NCBI GenBank assembly: GCA_044440125.1
Contig: JBITAJ010000021.1
Coordinates: 224,001 to 288,000 of the forward strand
From: Sedimentisphaeraceae bacterium JB056
GTDB taxonomy: Bacteria > Planctomycetota > Phycisphaerae > Sedimentisphaerales > Sedimentisphaeraceae
Reading direction: 5' to 3'
Length of the DNA stretch: 64,000 bases
Both the position numbers and the translations under genes were made by a program. Under the pieces are notes generated by a model that worked only from the letters and a program-made list of their open reading frames with translations, was not told where the DNA came from and searched no databases. Shown here in pieces: positions 20,458-30,847 of the stretch. How positions within the stretch are numbered: position 1 is the first letter of the stretch; every line of letters begins with the position of its first letter.

Positions 20458-23214
20458 TTAATTAGTAAGCCAATTTGAGGCTAAAATTGTAAAATCATCA
20501 AAATCAACAGAACAATCATTGTTGATATCACCGGTAACAGAGCAATCGTATTTGATATAATCTGCCGACAATATATCAAAAGTTACACCACCCGAATGAG
20601 GCGTACCTGCGGTAATATCATATCTCTTTCTGGCAACCTGTTCCTTATGAACCAAAACCGAAAAAGATTCCATCTCAATATCCTGATTATATGCGGTAGA
20701 GGTATCTCTTTTGCCGGAATTCATCAAAACAGTAACTTTGCCCATCAACCCCTGTATCCGCAATACATACCGGTTAAAATCCCAGTCATTCGATATATTG
20801 ATGTAATGTCGCTTTATCTCCATTCCTTCATGCAGTACCAACAGCGTTAACACACCTTCGGAACTCTGTGTTTTTGCATTAAATCGTATCTCGATCTGAT
20901 CTCCGGCTTTTAGCCCCGTAATATTACCTGAACTATATTGAGAACTAATAAGATGAAAATTCCGATCCTCAGTGCCTATTGGAGTTATCTCTATCGCCGA
21001 ATGAAAAGGAACCACATAAACGGTGCCTTCCCAATTGCCGTAAGAATTCACACTCTTAAGCAATCCGGGCTTACCTTCACCGGTTCCGACACACACGATA
21101 TTGTACGCTTTTTCTCCAAAAGTATCAGGCACAACAACAGGACGTATCTGCCCAATACCTCCAGAGGTTCCCGGTCTTGCCCCTTCGCTCTCAAGCGAAA
21201 GAGTTGCGTTACGATTTATAGTATCATCAGACATTCCCATGCAATGGATAAAATTGACTCCATTATTAAACATGTAACTCAATTGCTCACTCGCAGAGGT
21301 TTGACTGCTTGTAATTGGATCATACTCTCCAACACTTATCATCGTCTGGCCTGACGAATATGCTCCCTGAATCCAGTTCACTGCATTGGAATACCATACC
21401 CCGTAACGAGTACCGCCGTAACCAGTGCCGGCAGAGAATATCCAGTCAATAGGACTTATTCTGTAACCGGTAATGGGTTGGCTTATTGCATAACCCTGTG
21501 GTATCTGATGCGTTTTTATAACCTCCGGCGGAAAACCGGCAATAAGTGCCTCAGCAAAGCCTTGAGCTATACGCCCAAATACCATTTTGCGATTATACTC
21601 AACCCACTCATTAAAGAAGCCGTTTTCAGTATCATAAATATCCCAATCACCTCTGCTTAAATTGCGGGGTGCATCAAAATTGGAACTTGTAAAAGAACTG
21701 CCGTAAAGTTCATTTACCCTACCTATAGACCTGTACCGCTTTACAAGATAATCATAAAACGAAGATATCATCTTGGGATTGTAGTCACCAATGCTGCTGT
21801 CGCCTCCTGAAACAATCTCAAATTCGTGAGACGGCTCAAGCCCGACAAGATGTTCTGGATGCCCATCATCCCCCCTGAAGCATAATCCAAGTTGGCGTAA
21901 GAATGCCCTCTGAGGCCACCTGTAAAGACAATCCAACGCAGGCAAACCGGGAGCATAAGTAAAGCAGTAAAAACCTTCACCATCAACAACTATATTATCT
22001 AAACGGCTGAGCATTGCATATTTAGGCAAACCGGTATCTTCATCAGACACTTCTAACCAATTAAGAGTATATTGAGTGGCATGCTGCCTGTGGGTAAAAG
22101 TAGGTTCCCACATTGCCGGCAGTTTAGTATTGTAACCATCAAGCAACGCAGAAATAGAAGCATCAGCATAACTTCCAACCCAATCATCATAAGCATCTGC
22201 CGTGAAATCGGTACCCATGTAATTATCAGACAAATGCTCTGTTCGTATATGCATGAATCGACTGTTTTTGACATACTTTAAATCATTCCACTGGTCGTAG
22301 TATGATGCTACCCAAAACCGGTTTTCTCTTACAGCAGCATCAACAGAAGAAATATCTCCTTTTTCATCGATAATATGCAGCGTAGAGAGAAGAGTTTCCG
22401 GTGTTCCGGCAACAAAACGCTGATCTTCAAAAGCCGAAGCAAATACACTGCTCTCATCAGGCAATGTTTGCAAATTGTACTCTGTAGAGATTTCTGTTGA
22501 AGGATTTACAACAAACGCTGTTTTACTGTCTTGAAAGTATAGAAGGAGCTTATCCAGAGATTTCTCCCGGATACTGCTGATTATAAGCGTATCACTACTT
22601 TCTTCATATTCCAAAGGAGTTTGAACTGTATTGAGTAAAGAACCCTCTGCATTATATATTAAAATATCACGATTTGTTTCTTCCTGATATTGAGAAGCAA
22701 TTGCAATCTCTTGGGTCTCATTACCCGTAATAAAATCACCGGATGTTATGACAAAAGGCGCAGTTAATACATTAGTTGGTGAAAAAGAAGAAACCAATTC
22801 TCCGTATTGGTTGAAAACACGTATTTCTCGAGTTGACGTATCTGAAATCGGGCAGGTAACAATCGACATTTCATCTGAAAACAGCCTGCCTGCTGCCACA
22901 TTGACTCCGCCCCTGATACTGCTTGGATAAGCAAGAAACTGCAGCTCAGCTATTTGAAACTTATTCAAGATTTTCACAACAGTATAGTTTGATGAATCAT
23001 CACCTTGTCCAACAACCAGTTTCGGCCCATAAGAAACCAAAGATGGTCCTGTTTCACTTTCCACGACAGCTTCATAGTATTCAAGCTGACTGACAATATC
23101 TAAATCTTCATCTATAACACTGGTAATAACCTCCGCTAATGTATCAAACGATACGAAGTTCAAAACCGCTAAAGCAATTAAAACGTACAATTCTTTTGTA
23201 AAACTCAATTTCAT
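20458..23214 (-). CDS. Secreted GH42-like (clan GH-A) protein with FG-GAP-like N-terminus and dockerin-like C-terminus
   Basis: FLAY...GGVNVAAG; GDYNPKMISSFYDYLVKRYRSIGRVNELYGSSF resembles a GH42 segment; ends GDINNDCSVDFDDFTILASNWL. Confidence 0.55.
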   Translation of the reverse strand: MKLSFTKELYVLIALAVLNFVSFDTLAEVITSVIDEDLDIVSQLEYYEAVVESETGPSLVSYGPKLVVGQGDDSSNYTVVKILNKFQIAELQFLAYPSSIRGGVNVAAGRLFSDEMSIVTCPISDTSTREIRVFNQYGELVSSFSPTNVLTAPFVITSGDFITGNETQEIAIASQYQEETNRDILIYNAEGSLLNTVQTPLEYEESSDTLIISSIREKSLDKLLLYFQDSKTAFVVNPSTEISTEYNLQTLPDESSVFASAFEDQRFVAGTPETLLSTLHIIDEKGDISSVDAAVRENRFWVASYYDQWNDLKYVKNSRFMHIRTEHLSDNYMGTDFTADAYDDWVGSYADASISALLDGYNTKLPAMWEPTFTHRQHATQYTLNWLEVSDEDTGLPKYAMLSRLDNIVVDGEGFYCFTYAPGLPALDCLYRWPQRAFLRQLGLCFRGDDGHPEHLVGLEPSHEFEIVSGGDSSIGDYNPKMISSFYDYLVKRYRSIGRVNELYGSSFTSSNFDAPRNLSRGDWDIYDTENGFFNEWVEYNRKMVFGRIAQGFAEALIAGFPPEVIKTHQIPQGYAISQPITGYRISPIDWIFSAGTGYGGTRYGVWYSNAVNWIQGAYSSGQTMISVGEYDPITSSQTSASEQLSYMFNNGVNFIHCMGMSDDTINRNATLSLESEGARPGTSGGIGQIRPVVVPDTFGEKAYNIVCVGTGEGKPGLLKSVNSYGNWEGTVYVVPFHSAIEITPIGTEDRNFHLISSQYSSGNITGLKAGDQIEIRFNAKTQSSEGVLTLLVLHEGMEIKRHYINISNDWDFNRYVLRIQGLMGKVTVLMNSGKRDTSTAYNQDIEMESFSVLVHKEQVARKRYDITAGTPHSGGVTFDILSADYIKYDCSVTGDINNDCSVDFDDFTILASNWLTN

Positions 23215-23233
23215 AAAACAACATCCTTATATT

Positions 23234-24835
23234 TTACCGTCTTAATATTTTTCCTGCAGCAGCACCTGTCATAGCTCCATTTTCCAAGGCAAGTTTACCA
23301 TTTACAATAACATGACAAACTCCTTCTGGCTGCTTGTTAGCTGTACCAAAATCGGCAGTATCAATGATTTTTTCAGAATCAATAATAGTAATATCTGCAT
23401 ATTTTCCCCGACTTAAAACGCCACGATCTTTGATTCGAAAATGCTCCGCCGGCATCGATGTCATTTTTCTCACGGATTCTTTTAATGACAAGATTCCTTC
23501 GTTACGCACATAGTGTCCAAGTACTCTGGGAAAAGTCCCGTAACTTCTCGGGTGCGTTGATGCAGAACCAACACTGCCCTGCCCCCATCCGTCTGATGCA
23601 ATTGTAGTCAATGGAAATTCAAGTGTCTTTTTAACATTCTCTTCGCTCATAGCAAAGCCGATCATTCCAATACCGCCATTTGACTGAATAATCAATTGTT
23701 TCATTACATCATATGGCTCTTTATTTTGCTTTTTGGCTCTATCAGCAATACTAACGGAATTAACAATAATATTTTGCGGCCCATTCATATCATCAATAAG
23801 AGCTTCGGTGTCTTTTCTTAATTTAGCATCAAGAGAAGAATCCTTGAGCCTTCGAATCAAGTTTGAGTTTTTCCCAAGAAGTGAACTGTCCCCTGCTCTG
23901 GCCCACCCGGGAAACATGATACTGAGAAAGGTCATCATAGCGGCATAGGGATATACATCACATAAAACATCAACTCCGCTTTCTCTTTCTGCCTTAATAG
24001 TGGACAACACATCATCAAGCAAATGCCATGAACTGCTGCCTTTCATTTTCAAATGAGATATTTCAATCCGAACACCTGATTTTTTCGCAACCTCAATAGT
24101 CTCTTTAACCGAATTGAGTACACCAAGTTTCTGATCCCTCATATGAGATGCATAAATACCATCATGCTGTTTTACAACTTCGCACAGAGCGATCATTTCA
24201 TCAATATCCGAGAATATTCCCGGAGCATATTCAAGACCGCTCGAAAGACCGTAAGCTCCTTGTTCAAGAGATTGTGATAGAGCCGCTTTCATCTTTCCCA
24301 ACTCTTCTGATGTGGGAGCTCTGTCAGCTAATCCCATCACCATATTACGCAATGCGGCATGTCCAACAAGGGTTCCGAAATTTGTGAGATTCGCTTTTTT
24401 TTCAAAAGAACTCAACTGCTCATCCAAGGTTAAAGAGTTACTCGGTACAGATGTCTTGCCGCAATTACCTCCGATCTCAGTAGTAACCCCCTGGCAAATA
24501 TAATTATGAGATAAAGCCCCACCTGATGAATGAGTATGGATATCAATAAACCCCGGACATACAGTCAGTCCCTTTGCTTCGATCACTTTCTTAGCTGAAG
24601 ATACAGGTAGATTGTGAGCTATCTCTGAAATTCTGTCGTCTTTGATTGCTATATCAGAAATAAAAGGATCAATTCCACTGCCATCAATAACAGTACCATT
24701 CTTGATAAGTATATCATATCTGTTATCTTCCGCGAAAACATTGTTCTCACAAAATGAACTAAGTGCTATGGCTGAAACTGCACTTTTAGTGAAAAAATCT
24801 CTACGATTCATCATATTAATACTACCCCATTTCAT
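23234..24835 (-). CDS. N-acyl-D-amino-acid deacylase (D-aminoacylase family), Tat-exported
   Basis: NRRDFF twin-arginine motif; PGFIDIHTHS, GNCG, SHMRD, IASDG, HPRSYGTFPRVL. Confidence 0.9.
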   Translation of the reverse strand: MKWGSINMMNRRDFFTKSAVSAIALSSFCENNVFAEDNRYDILIKNGTVIDGSGIDPFISDIAIKDDRISEIAHNLPVSSAKKVIEAKGLTVCPGFIDIHTHSSGGALSHNYICQGVTTEIGGNCGKTSVPSNSLTLDEQLSSFEKKANLTNFGTLVGHAALRNMVMGLADRAPTSEELGKMKAALSQSLEQGAYGLSSGLEYAPGIFSDIDEMIALCEVVKQHDGIYASHMRDQKLGVLNSVKETIEVAKKSGVRIEISHLKMKGSSSWHLLDDVLSTIKAERESGVDVLCDVYPYAAMMTFLSIMFPGWARAGDSSLLGKNSNLIRRLKDSSLDAKLRKDTEALIDDMNGPQNIIVNSVSIADRAKKQNKEPYDVMKQLIIQSNGGIGMIGFAMSEENVKKTLEFPLTTIASDGWGQGSVGSASTHPRSYGTFPRVLGHYVRNEGILSLKESVRKMTSMPAEHFRIKDRGVLSRGKYADITIIDSEKIIDTADFGTANKQPEGVCHVIVNGKLALENGAMTGAAAGKILRR

Positions 24836-24860
24836 CTGTATCTGATTTAAAAATCAGAGA

Positions 24861-26081
24861 TTATTTATGATCTGCATCAAGATTTATACTGCCACAGTTC
24901 AACTCCGGCAGGTATTCGATAACAGTGCCGTAACTTTTTGAGATTTCAGCTGATTGACGTACGATCTCTTTACCAAGATCTCTATCGGCATATATTGGAC
25001 TTCCTCGTGGAGGAACAGGTTCTCCAAATCTCAAGTCTATAGGAACCAAGTGAATTTTACTTAATTGATCGCCGTTAAATGTTACTTCAGCTAAAAAACC
25101 TTCCCAAACTTCCTTTTGCGTCGGAAACCCTTTTGTATAATTCTGATATCTTACCTTAATAACATCCTCAGGCTCTACATTATCATCTAAACCATACATG
25201 TCATATTGTTCAACAGGAAGCTTTTCAAGCTGCTCATTCTGGAATACAAAATCTCCAAGCCCATAAAATATCGGCTTGTTATTATAAATCTCTATCGGCT
25301 GAATCTTATGTGGTCCATGACAGAAGACAATATCTGCACCTGAATCTATTGCTTTATGAGCAAAATCTTTGAGCCAACCGATATCAGAATGATGCCAGTG
25401 AATTGAAAGAATAACATAATCAGAAGATGCAGAAGTTTCCCGTACAACTTCCAAATTCCCCTCAGAATCTTCTGACTTAACTGAATATTCACTCCCCTTC
25501 TTAACAACTCTGCAATAATTAGGGCCAGGCCGACCTTGTATATCATATCTTGACCTTGAGGCTGTCCCATACGGCAAAAATGAACTCGTTACAGAAACCA
25601 AACTGACAATGCCTTTAGAATTTTTTAACACAGCAGGAGACCTTGCAGTTTGCAGGTCTTTACCAATTCCCGCTATAAGCATCCCAGCATTCTCTATGTT
25701 ATGAATGGTCTCCAATGCTCCTATTGAGCCATAATCAAAGGAGTGATTATTTGCCGCACTTACCAAATCAAAGCCTGCCCAAGCCAATTCATCCGCAATA
25801 ACAGCTCTGGCAGCCAAGTGAATCCCGCCGCTCTGAGCCTGCGGGTATCCCTTATAATCATTAACTACTACTTCAAGATTAACGATTGATGCATCCGACT
25901 TCCTGATTTTGTCAACAAGCTTCAGGAAACCAGGTTCTTTCTGATTCGACCATGGCTGAGTTATGATAGCGTCACCGGCAAGAAGAATCGTAAACTCTTC
26001 ATTATTTATTTCAGCAATAACCGAATTTGAATAACAAATCAGGATAGATAAAAAAACAATATTAAAGGCTATATTTTTCAT
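24861..26081 (-). CDS. CapA/PGA_cap family protein (metallophosphatase fold), secreted
   Basis: LAGD, VNLE, ANNHSFDYG, SIHWH, HGPH, YGLGDFVFQ motifs; signal peptide. Confidence 0.9.
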   Translation of the reverse strand: MKNIAFNIVFLSILICYSNSVIAEINNEEFTILLAGDAIITQPWSNQKEPGFLKLVDKIRKSDASIVNLEVVVNDYKGYPQAQSGGIHLAARAVIADELAWAGFDLVSAANNHSFDYGSIGALETIHNIENAGMLIAGIGKDLQTARSPAVLKNSKGIVSLVSVTSSFLPYGTASRSRYDIQGRPGPNYCRVVKKGSEYSVKSEDSEGNLEVVRETSASSDYVILSIHWHHSDIGWLKDFAHKAIDSGADIVFCHGPHKIQPIEIYNNKPIFYGLGDFVFQNEQLEKLPVEQYDMYGLDDNVEPEDVIKVRYQNYTKGFPTQKEVWEGFLAEVTFNGDQLSKIHLVPIDLRFGEPVPPRGSPIYADRDLGKEIVRQSAEISKSYGTVIEYLPELNCGSINLDADHK

Positions 26082-26112
26082 AAAAATTCATCGCAGGTAT
26101 CACCCAATCCCC

Positions 26113-26934
26113 TTAATGGTTGTACACAAATGTCCATCCTGTACCATGCTGGAAATCCTGCTGCCCCGTAGTTCTGACACCGGTTTCCGGATCCCGATTA
26201 GTCATCTGTTGATAATTTATATGGAGATCAACAAACAAAGTATTTGCCCATCCGTTTTCCTTTTTATTATGCCAATAAGCATACATAAACGGATCGTAAT
26301 TGCCTGAATAGCATACAGCAGGCGAATCTCCAACTACGATCACACGACTGGGATTAGGAATATCAGTAACCTTTTTCCCCCATAAACCCTGACTTGTGTT
26401 ATTGTTGTTGCCACCGGCATTATAAGTATAACTTCTACCCATAGTGTACCAGTAAGTAGGCGTTCTTTCTACAAAATAGCTATTCTCGCCGGGAGTGGCA
26501 CCTTTATCTGATGGACATATAAATATTTTCAATGAATTATTCTGCATCTGTTTAGTCGCTGTAGTCGGCAATCCAAGATAATCATTAAGTAATCTTTTTT
26601 TATTTGCAGTGCTTCCATATTCACCTATCTGTCCACCATATATATCAGCGGTGTAACTCGAATCATTAAATGATTTACTGGGACCACCATAACTTGCGGG
26701 AGCTACTGCAGTAGGAAATATACTTTGATTATCTTCCATATATAAACATATGGCAACTCCCTGCTGCTTGACATTACTCTTACATACAACAAGCTTTGCC
26801 TGTTCTCTTGCCTTGCGCAAAGCAGGCATCATTACAGCCATAAGTATGGCTATAATTGAAATGACCACAAGAAGTTCAATTAGTGTAAATCCTTTTCTGC
26901 AAAAGTTCATGCTGGTATTCCTTATATTAGGCAT
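26113..26934 (-). CDS. Prepilin-type N-terminal cleavage/methylation protein (planctomycete DUF1559/H-X9-DG-like)
   Basis: [31 protein letters not shown]...CKSN; FICPSD; WH...ANTLFVDLH (DL in place of DG). Confidence 0.9.
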   Translation of the reverse strand: MPNIRNTSMNFCRKGFTLIELLVVISIIAILMAVMMPALRKAREQAKLVVCKSNVKQQGVAICLYMEDNQSIFPTAVAPASYGGPSKSFNDSSYTADIYGGQIGEYGSTANKKRLLNDYLGLPTTATKQMQNNSLKIFICPSDKGATPGENSYFVERTPTYWYTMGRSYTYNAGGNNNNTSQGLWGKKVTDIPNPSRVIVVGDSPAVCYSGNYDPFMYAYWHNKKENGWANTLFVDLHINYQQMTNRDPETGVRTTGQQDFQHGTGWTFVYNH

Positions 26935-26952
26935 CTCAATTTATATAAATAG

Positions 26953-26988
26953 AGGTGGTAATGATCTAAATAAACATCATTACCACCT
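26953..26988. other. Intergenic stem-loop upstream of pilin-like gene 1
   Basis: Perfect 13-bp inverted repeat AGGTGGTAATGAT / ATCATTACCACCT with a 10-nt loop. Confidence 0.8.
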
Positions 26989-27005
26989 AAACATTCTACA
27001 TTAAT

Positions 27006-29234
27006 TTATGGTAAAATACAATCAGCATCGGTCGGTTCTGTGCAATTAAGCCAGCTTGAAGCTAAAAGATAAAAGTCTTCATAATCAACTTCACAATCGA
27101 AGTTAATGTCGGCAGTCTTGTAACCCCAATCGCCGCAGCTTCCATCATCGTCAACAATTATAACATTTAACGACTCACCATATCGGCCATCATAAAGGCT
27201 GTCATCACTTGTAATAGCGTGAGTAATCGTTACAACCTGCTGTCCATTATCCAAATCATCATCATCGGTAGATACAATTACTTCCTGAGCAACATCCCAA
27301 TCAGAAGTAGTAAAGGTTAAAACAGTCTCAACACCGACACCATTGCCGAAGTCAAGAATATCATTGCTCAAAGTAACAGATACATCAGATGTAGGCTCGA
27401 AAGCAAGACTCAGCATATACGAATCCGTAGAGTAACCCTCGACTACTTTGGTGTCACCATCAGTTTCTGTTATAACTATCGTTGAACCGGCATACTCATT
27501 GTAAGCGGCTTCAATCTGAGTTGAACTAAGTGCACTTGTATAAATCTTAAGCTCATCAAGAGAACCGCTGGCTACTATTCTTTTAGCATAGGTATTAGTT
27601 AAATTACCTATACCCAATCCTGTTCCGTCATTGAGACTTACACCGGCCGCCGTTTCAGTAGCAACTAAGACGCCGTCGACATAAAGTGAAAATATATTAC
27701 CCTCTCTTGTTGCTGCATAATGATGCCATTGATCGTCATTATAGCTATCTGTTGACAACAAAGCAGGACAATTAGCACCTAAGAACCACCTTGCTTTGTA
27801 TTCATTTAGCTTATCACAACTCATCAGGTACATATTACCTGCAGTATTGCCTTCTGAATCACTATACTGTCCAAACATCATGCAGCGATTAGCCGGAGCA
27901 GTAGAAGCCTTAGCCCATCCAGTAAGTGTAAAATCACCAGTTGCGCTCAAGTTATTATTAGGATCTATAACAGGCAAATTAGTTGGCAACTCAACAAAAG
28001 TTGCGCTATCGTAAACAATTCCTGCAGTAGTAAAATCAATATCGCCACCAGCATAGGCATGTCCCCATGTACCCGTATGACCATATACTGAATTCATCAC
28101 AATATTATTACTGCTGACAGGCCAATCAAATTTATAATAGGCTATCAGGCCATCGCTCAATGTGATATCATCATCAATTATGGATACATCAACATTGCTC
28201 ACAGAGATAACATTATAGTCGTTATCGTTGCTTGCAATCGTATGCGTAATAGTCTCTACCCTGCTGCCAATGAAAACATTATCATCAAGACTCGCTACCG
28301 TAACTGTTTGTGCTGAAGTCCAGTTAGCAGGAGTAAAGGTCAGGACAACTGAATTACCTACACCGGCACCTAAATCAAGTGAGGCTGGCGGCATGCAAGT
28401 AATTACAACATCATCTGAAGGTTCACTTCCAATGCTAATACTGTAACTATCGGTTAAACCACCCTCTACAACTTCTGTGCCACCGTCTGTTTGATCTACA
28501 TTAACTTCAAGTTTTGACTCAAAGATTGCGAGTATTTCAGTGCCACTTAAAACTGAATCATAAACTTTCAGTTCATCATAATGTCCCTGCGCAGTAATAC
28601 ATTGCGTAGTCACATTTGATAAGTTACCGATTGCCAAATTAGAGTTCTGGTTCAAATCTAAAGATGCAATTGACATACTGTCAACTTCTTGACCGTCAAC
28701 ATACAATCTTGCCGTTGCACCATCATATGTAAATGCAAAAAGATGCCATTGATTATCGTTATACGCTGCAGAAGAATTAAGCCTGCTGCCATTTATAAAA
28801 ACACCTGCTTTGTAGCCATAGGCTGCTCGATTGTCAGCAGCAGTAAAATAAAAATTATTACTTCCTGTCGAACCGACATTAGAATACTGCCCGAATAAGA
28901 AACCCCTGCTTGATGTTGTAACCGGACATTTAGCCCAACCCATAAGCGTAAAATCAGCACCATCTGCCAGGGAGACACCTGTATCAAATGACTGAATACC
29001 ACCGAAAGAAACACCGGTAAGAATGACACCTTCGGCTGTTGAGTCAAATGTACTCGAAGATGCAGTGCCATTGCCCCAGGCTCCAGACTCGCCGGCAACA
29101 GAGTTTACCAATGGGTCACCCGCTGCAGACCATGATTCTTCAAAACTGTAACTTCCTACCAATTGCCCGCTAACAACACTGACAGCAGCAGAGAATAAAA
29201 TCAGTACACATAAATAATTTGCATATTTTTTCAT
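27006..29234 (-). CDS. Secreted 2x(LamG + Calx-beta-like) protein with dockerin-like C-terminus; no catalytic domain seen
   Basis: Two LamG units (FTL.GWAK, YNDxQWH, DELK.Y); LTFT..NW...Q.V.V...DD Ig-like units; ends CGDWGYKTADINFDCEVDYEDF...WLNCTEP. Confidence 0.8.
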   Translation of the reverse strand: MKKYANYLCVLILFSAAVSVVSGQLVGSYSFEESWSAAGDPLVNSVAGESGAWGNGTASSSTFDSTAEGVILTGVSFGGIQSFDTGVSLADGADFTLMGWAKCPVTTSSRGFLFGQYSNVGSTGSNNFYFTAADNRAAYGYKAGVFINGSRLNSSAAYNDNQWHLFAFTYDGATARLYVDGQEVDSMSIASLDLNQNSNLAIGNLSNVTTQCITAQGHYDELKVYDSVLSGTEILAIFESKLEVNVDQTDGGTEVVEGGLTDSYSISIGSEPSDDVVITCMPPASLDLGAGVGNSVVLTFTPANWTSAQTVTVASLDDNVFIGSRVETITHTIASNDNDYNVISVSNVDVSIIDDDITLSDGLIAYYKFDWPVSSNNIVMNSVYGHTGTWGHAYAGGDIDFTTAGIVYDSATFVELPTNLPVIDPNNNLSATGDFTLTGWAKASTAPANRCMMFGQYSDSEGNTAGNMYLMSCDKLNEYKARWFLGANCPALLSTDSYNDDQWHHYAATREGNIFSLYVDGVLVATETAAGVSLNDGTGLGIGNLTNTYAKRIVASGSLDELKIYTSALSSTQIEAAYNEYAGSTIVITETDGDTKVVEGYSTDSYMLSLAFEPTSDVSVTLSNDILDFGNGVGVETVLTFTTSDWDVAQEVIVSTDDDDLDNGQQVVTITHAITSDDSLYDGRYGESLNVIIVDDDGSCGDWGYKTADINFDCEVDYEDFYLLASSWLNCTEPTDADCILP

Positions 29235-29281
29235 TTTTAAAGCTCCAAATAAATTTTATATTTTTCTCGTCCGCTCATCAA

Positions 29282-30532
29282 TTAAAACTCATAGACACAA
29301 GAAACTCCTGAAGGCTCTGTGCAGCTAAGCCAATCGGAAACCATCATGTTCAAATCTGCCAAACCAACATAGCAATCTCCGCTCACATCACCTGCAAGCA
29401 TTCCCCAGTCACCACAACTGCCGTCATCATCAAATACTGTCACAATCGTGTCATTAAGATGTATTCCATCATAATCAGGATCACTGCTGGAAACGGTATT
29501 GACTATTATGTCTGATTTAACGCCATTATCTATCGCATCATCAACTGATGTAACTGTTATTGTTTGGGGAACATTCCAGTCAGATGCAGTAAATGTTAAT
29601 GTAATAGGCAAACCTGCTCCATTCCCAACGTCAACAGAATTCGGATCAGCAGTAAAATAAACGTCTTCTAAAGGCTCTTGTGTGAGACTTATAATTATAC
29701 TATCAGTTATAACCGCTTCAGCAATTCTGGTTTCATCTTCAGTCTCTTCAATACCAACATAAGATGATTGATTATAAACAGTTGCTATTTCTGCCGCACT
29801 CAAAGCATTATCATAAACGCGAAGCTCATCATAGGTTCCTGTGGTAGGCATCTTTTGCGCATTGAGATTTGAAAGGTTACCTATCGCCAGGTTACTGTCT
29901 GAATTGAAGATAATGCCTGAGAAACTTTCACTTGCGACTTCAACACCATCGACATACAGCTTTGCTGTACTGCCGTCATAAGTTGCCGCTACATGATGCC
30001 ACTGGTCATCATTATACGCATCTGCCGACATCAAAGCCGGACAATTGCTGCCTAAATATAAGCGGGCTTTGAAACCGTTCACCTTATCACAAGGTGACAG
30101 GTACATGTTACCGCCGGTTGCACCTGTACTGCTGTACTGCCCGAACATCATGCTTCGCCAGGTAGTAGTTGCAACAGGCGTCTTAGACCATCCCATGACA
30201 GTAAAATTATCTCCGTCAACAAACTGAGATCCAGTGTCTATCGCAATGTGATTCGATAGAATAACACTGCTGATATCCGTAAAATGTAAACCTTTATTGA
30301 CAAAACCATCGACCGAAATAGCGTAAGTAAGGTCTGTTCCTGCAGCATTCCTGTCTTCTATGACAGCATTGCCCCAGGCTCCAGACTCACCGGCAATCTC
30401 GTTTATTACAACATCACTGGTTTTCTCAAAGCCATCTTCCAAATAATACTCTGCAACCAAACCTGCATTAGAAAAACCAACAGCTAAAGCAAGAAATAAA
30501 AGACAAACAAGATAATCCACTTTTTTAATCAT
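29282..30532 (-). CDS. Secreted LamG + Calx-beta-like protein with dockerin-like C-terminus
   Basis: One-unit paralogue of 27006-29234; ends CGDWGMLAGDVSGDCYVGLADL...WLSCTEP. Confidence 0.8.
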   Translation of the reverse strand: MIKKVDYLVCLLFLALAVGFSNAGLVAEYYLEDGFEKTSDVVINEIAGESGAWGNAVIEDRNAAGTDLTYAISVDGFVNKGLHFTDISSVILSNHIAIDTGSQFVDGDNFTVMGWSKTPVATTTWRSMMFGQYSSTGATGGNMYLSPCDKVNGFKARLYLGSNCPALMSADAYNDDQWHHVAATYDGSTAKLYVDGVEVASESFSGIIFNSDSNLAIGNLSNLNAQKMPTTGTYDELRVYDNALSAAEIATVYNQSSYVGIEETEDETRIAEAVITDSIIISLTQEPLEDVYFTADPNSVDVGNGAGLPITLTFTASDWNVPQTITVTSVDDAIDNGVKSDIIVNTVSSSDPDYDGIHLNDTIVTVFDDDGSCGDWGMLAGDVSGDCYVGLADLNMMVSDWLSCTEPSGVSCVYEF

Positions 30533-30801
30533 TTTTCATTCTCCTATAAAATTTTTTAATCTGAATATTCATTAACTAAAAAATACATCGAATACTCATA
30601 ACTATCCATTTCTGTTTTTCACAATCAAGCTCCTTTGACAAATTACATTACCTGTTATGAACCGCATAAAGTCAGACAGAAGTTGTCGTGTATTATAAAT
30701 ATATGCATCAATATATTGTACTTACATACAGCATCACATCCAATCAATGCCTGAAACTGAACATACACCCACACTCTGGTACTATATTAAGTAACAATGT
30801 T

Positions 30802-30829
30802 ATTTTATGTAATAACAAAACATTGTCAA
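30802..30829 (-). promoter_or_regulatory. sigma70-type promoter for the LamG-pilin-enzyme operon
   Basis: Minus strand TTGACA (30829-30824), 16-nt spacer, TAAAAT (30807-30802); spacer resembles that of the 11058-11086 promoter. Confidence 0.55.
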
Positions 30830-30847
30830 CACATATTTCCCAATTAC

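Noticed and set aside
24861..26081. Poly-gamma-glutamate capsule synthesis locus
   Set aside because: No capB or capC in the window and the context is catabolic.
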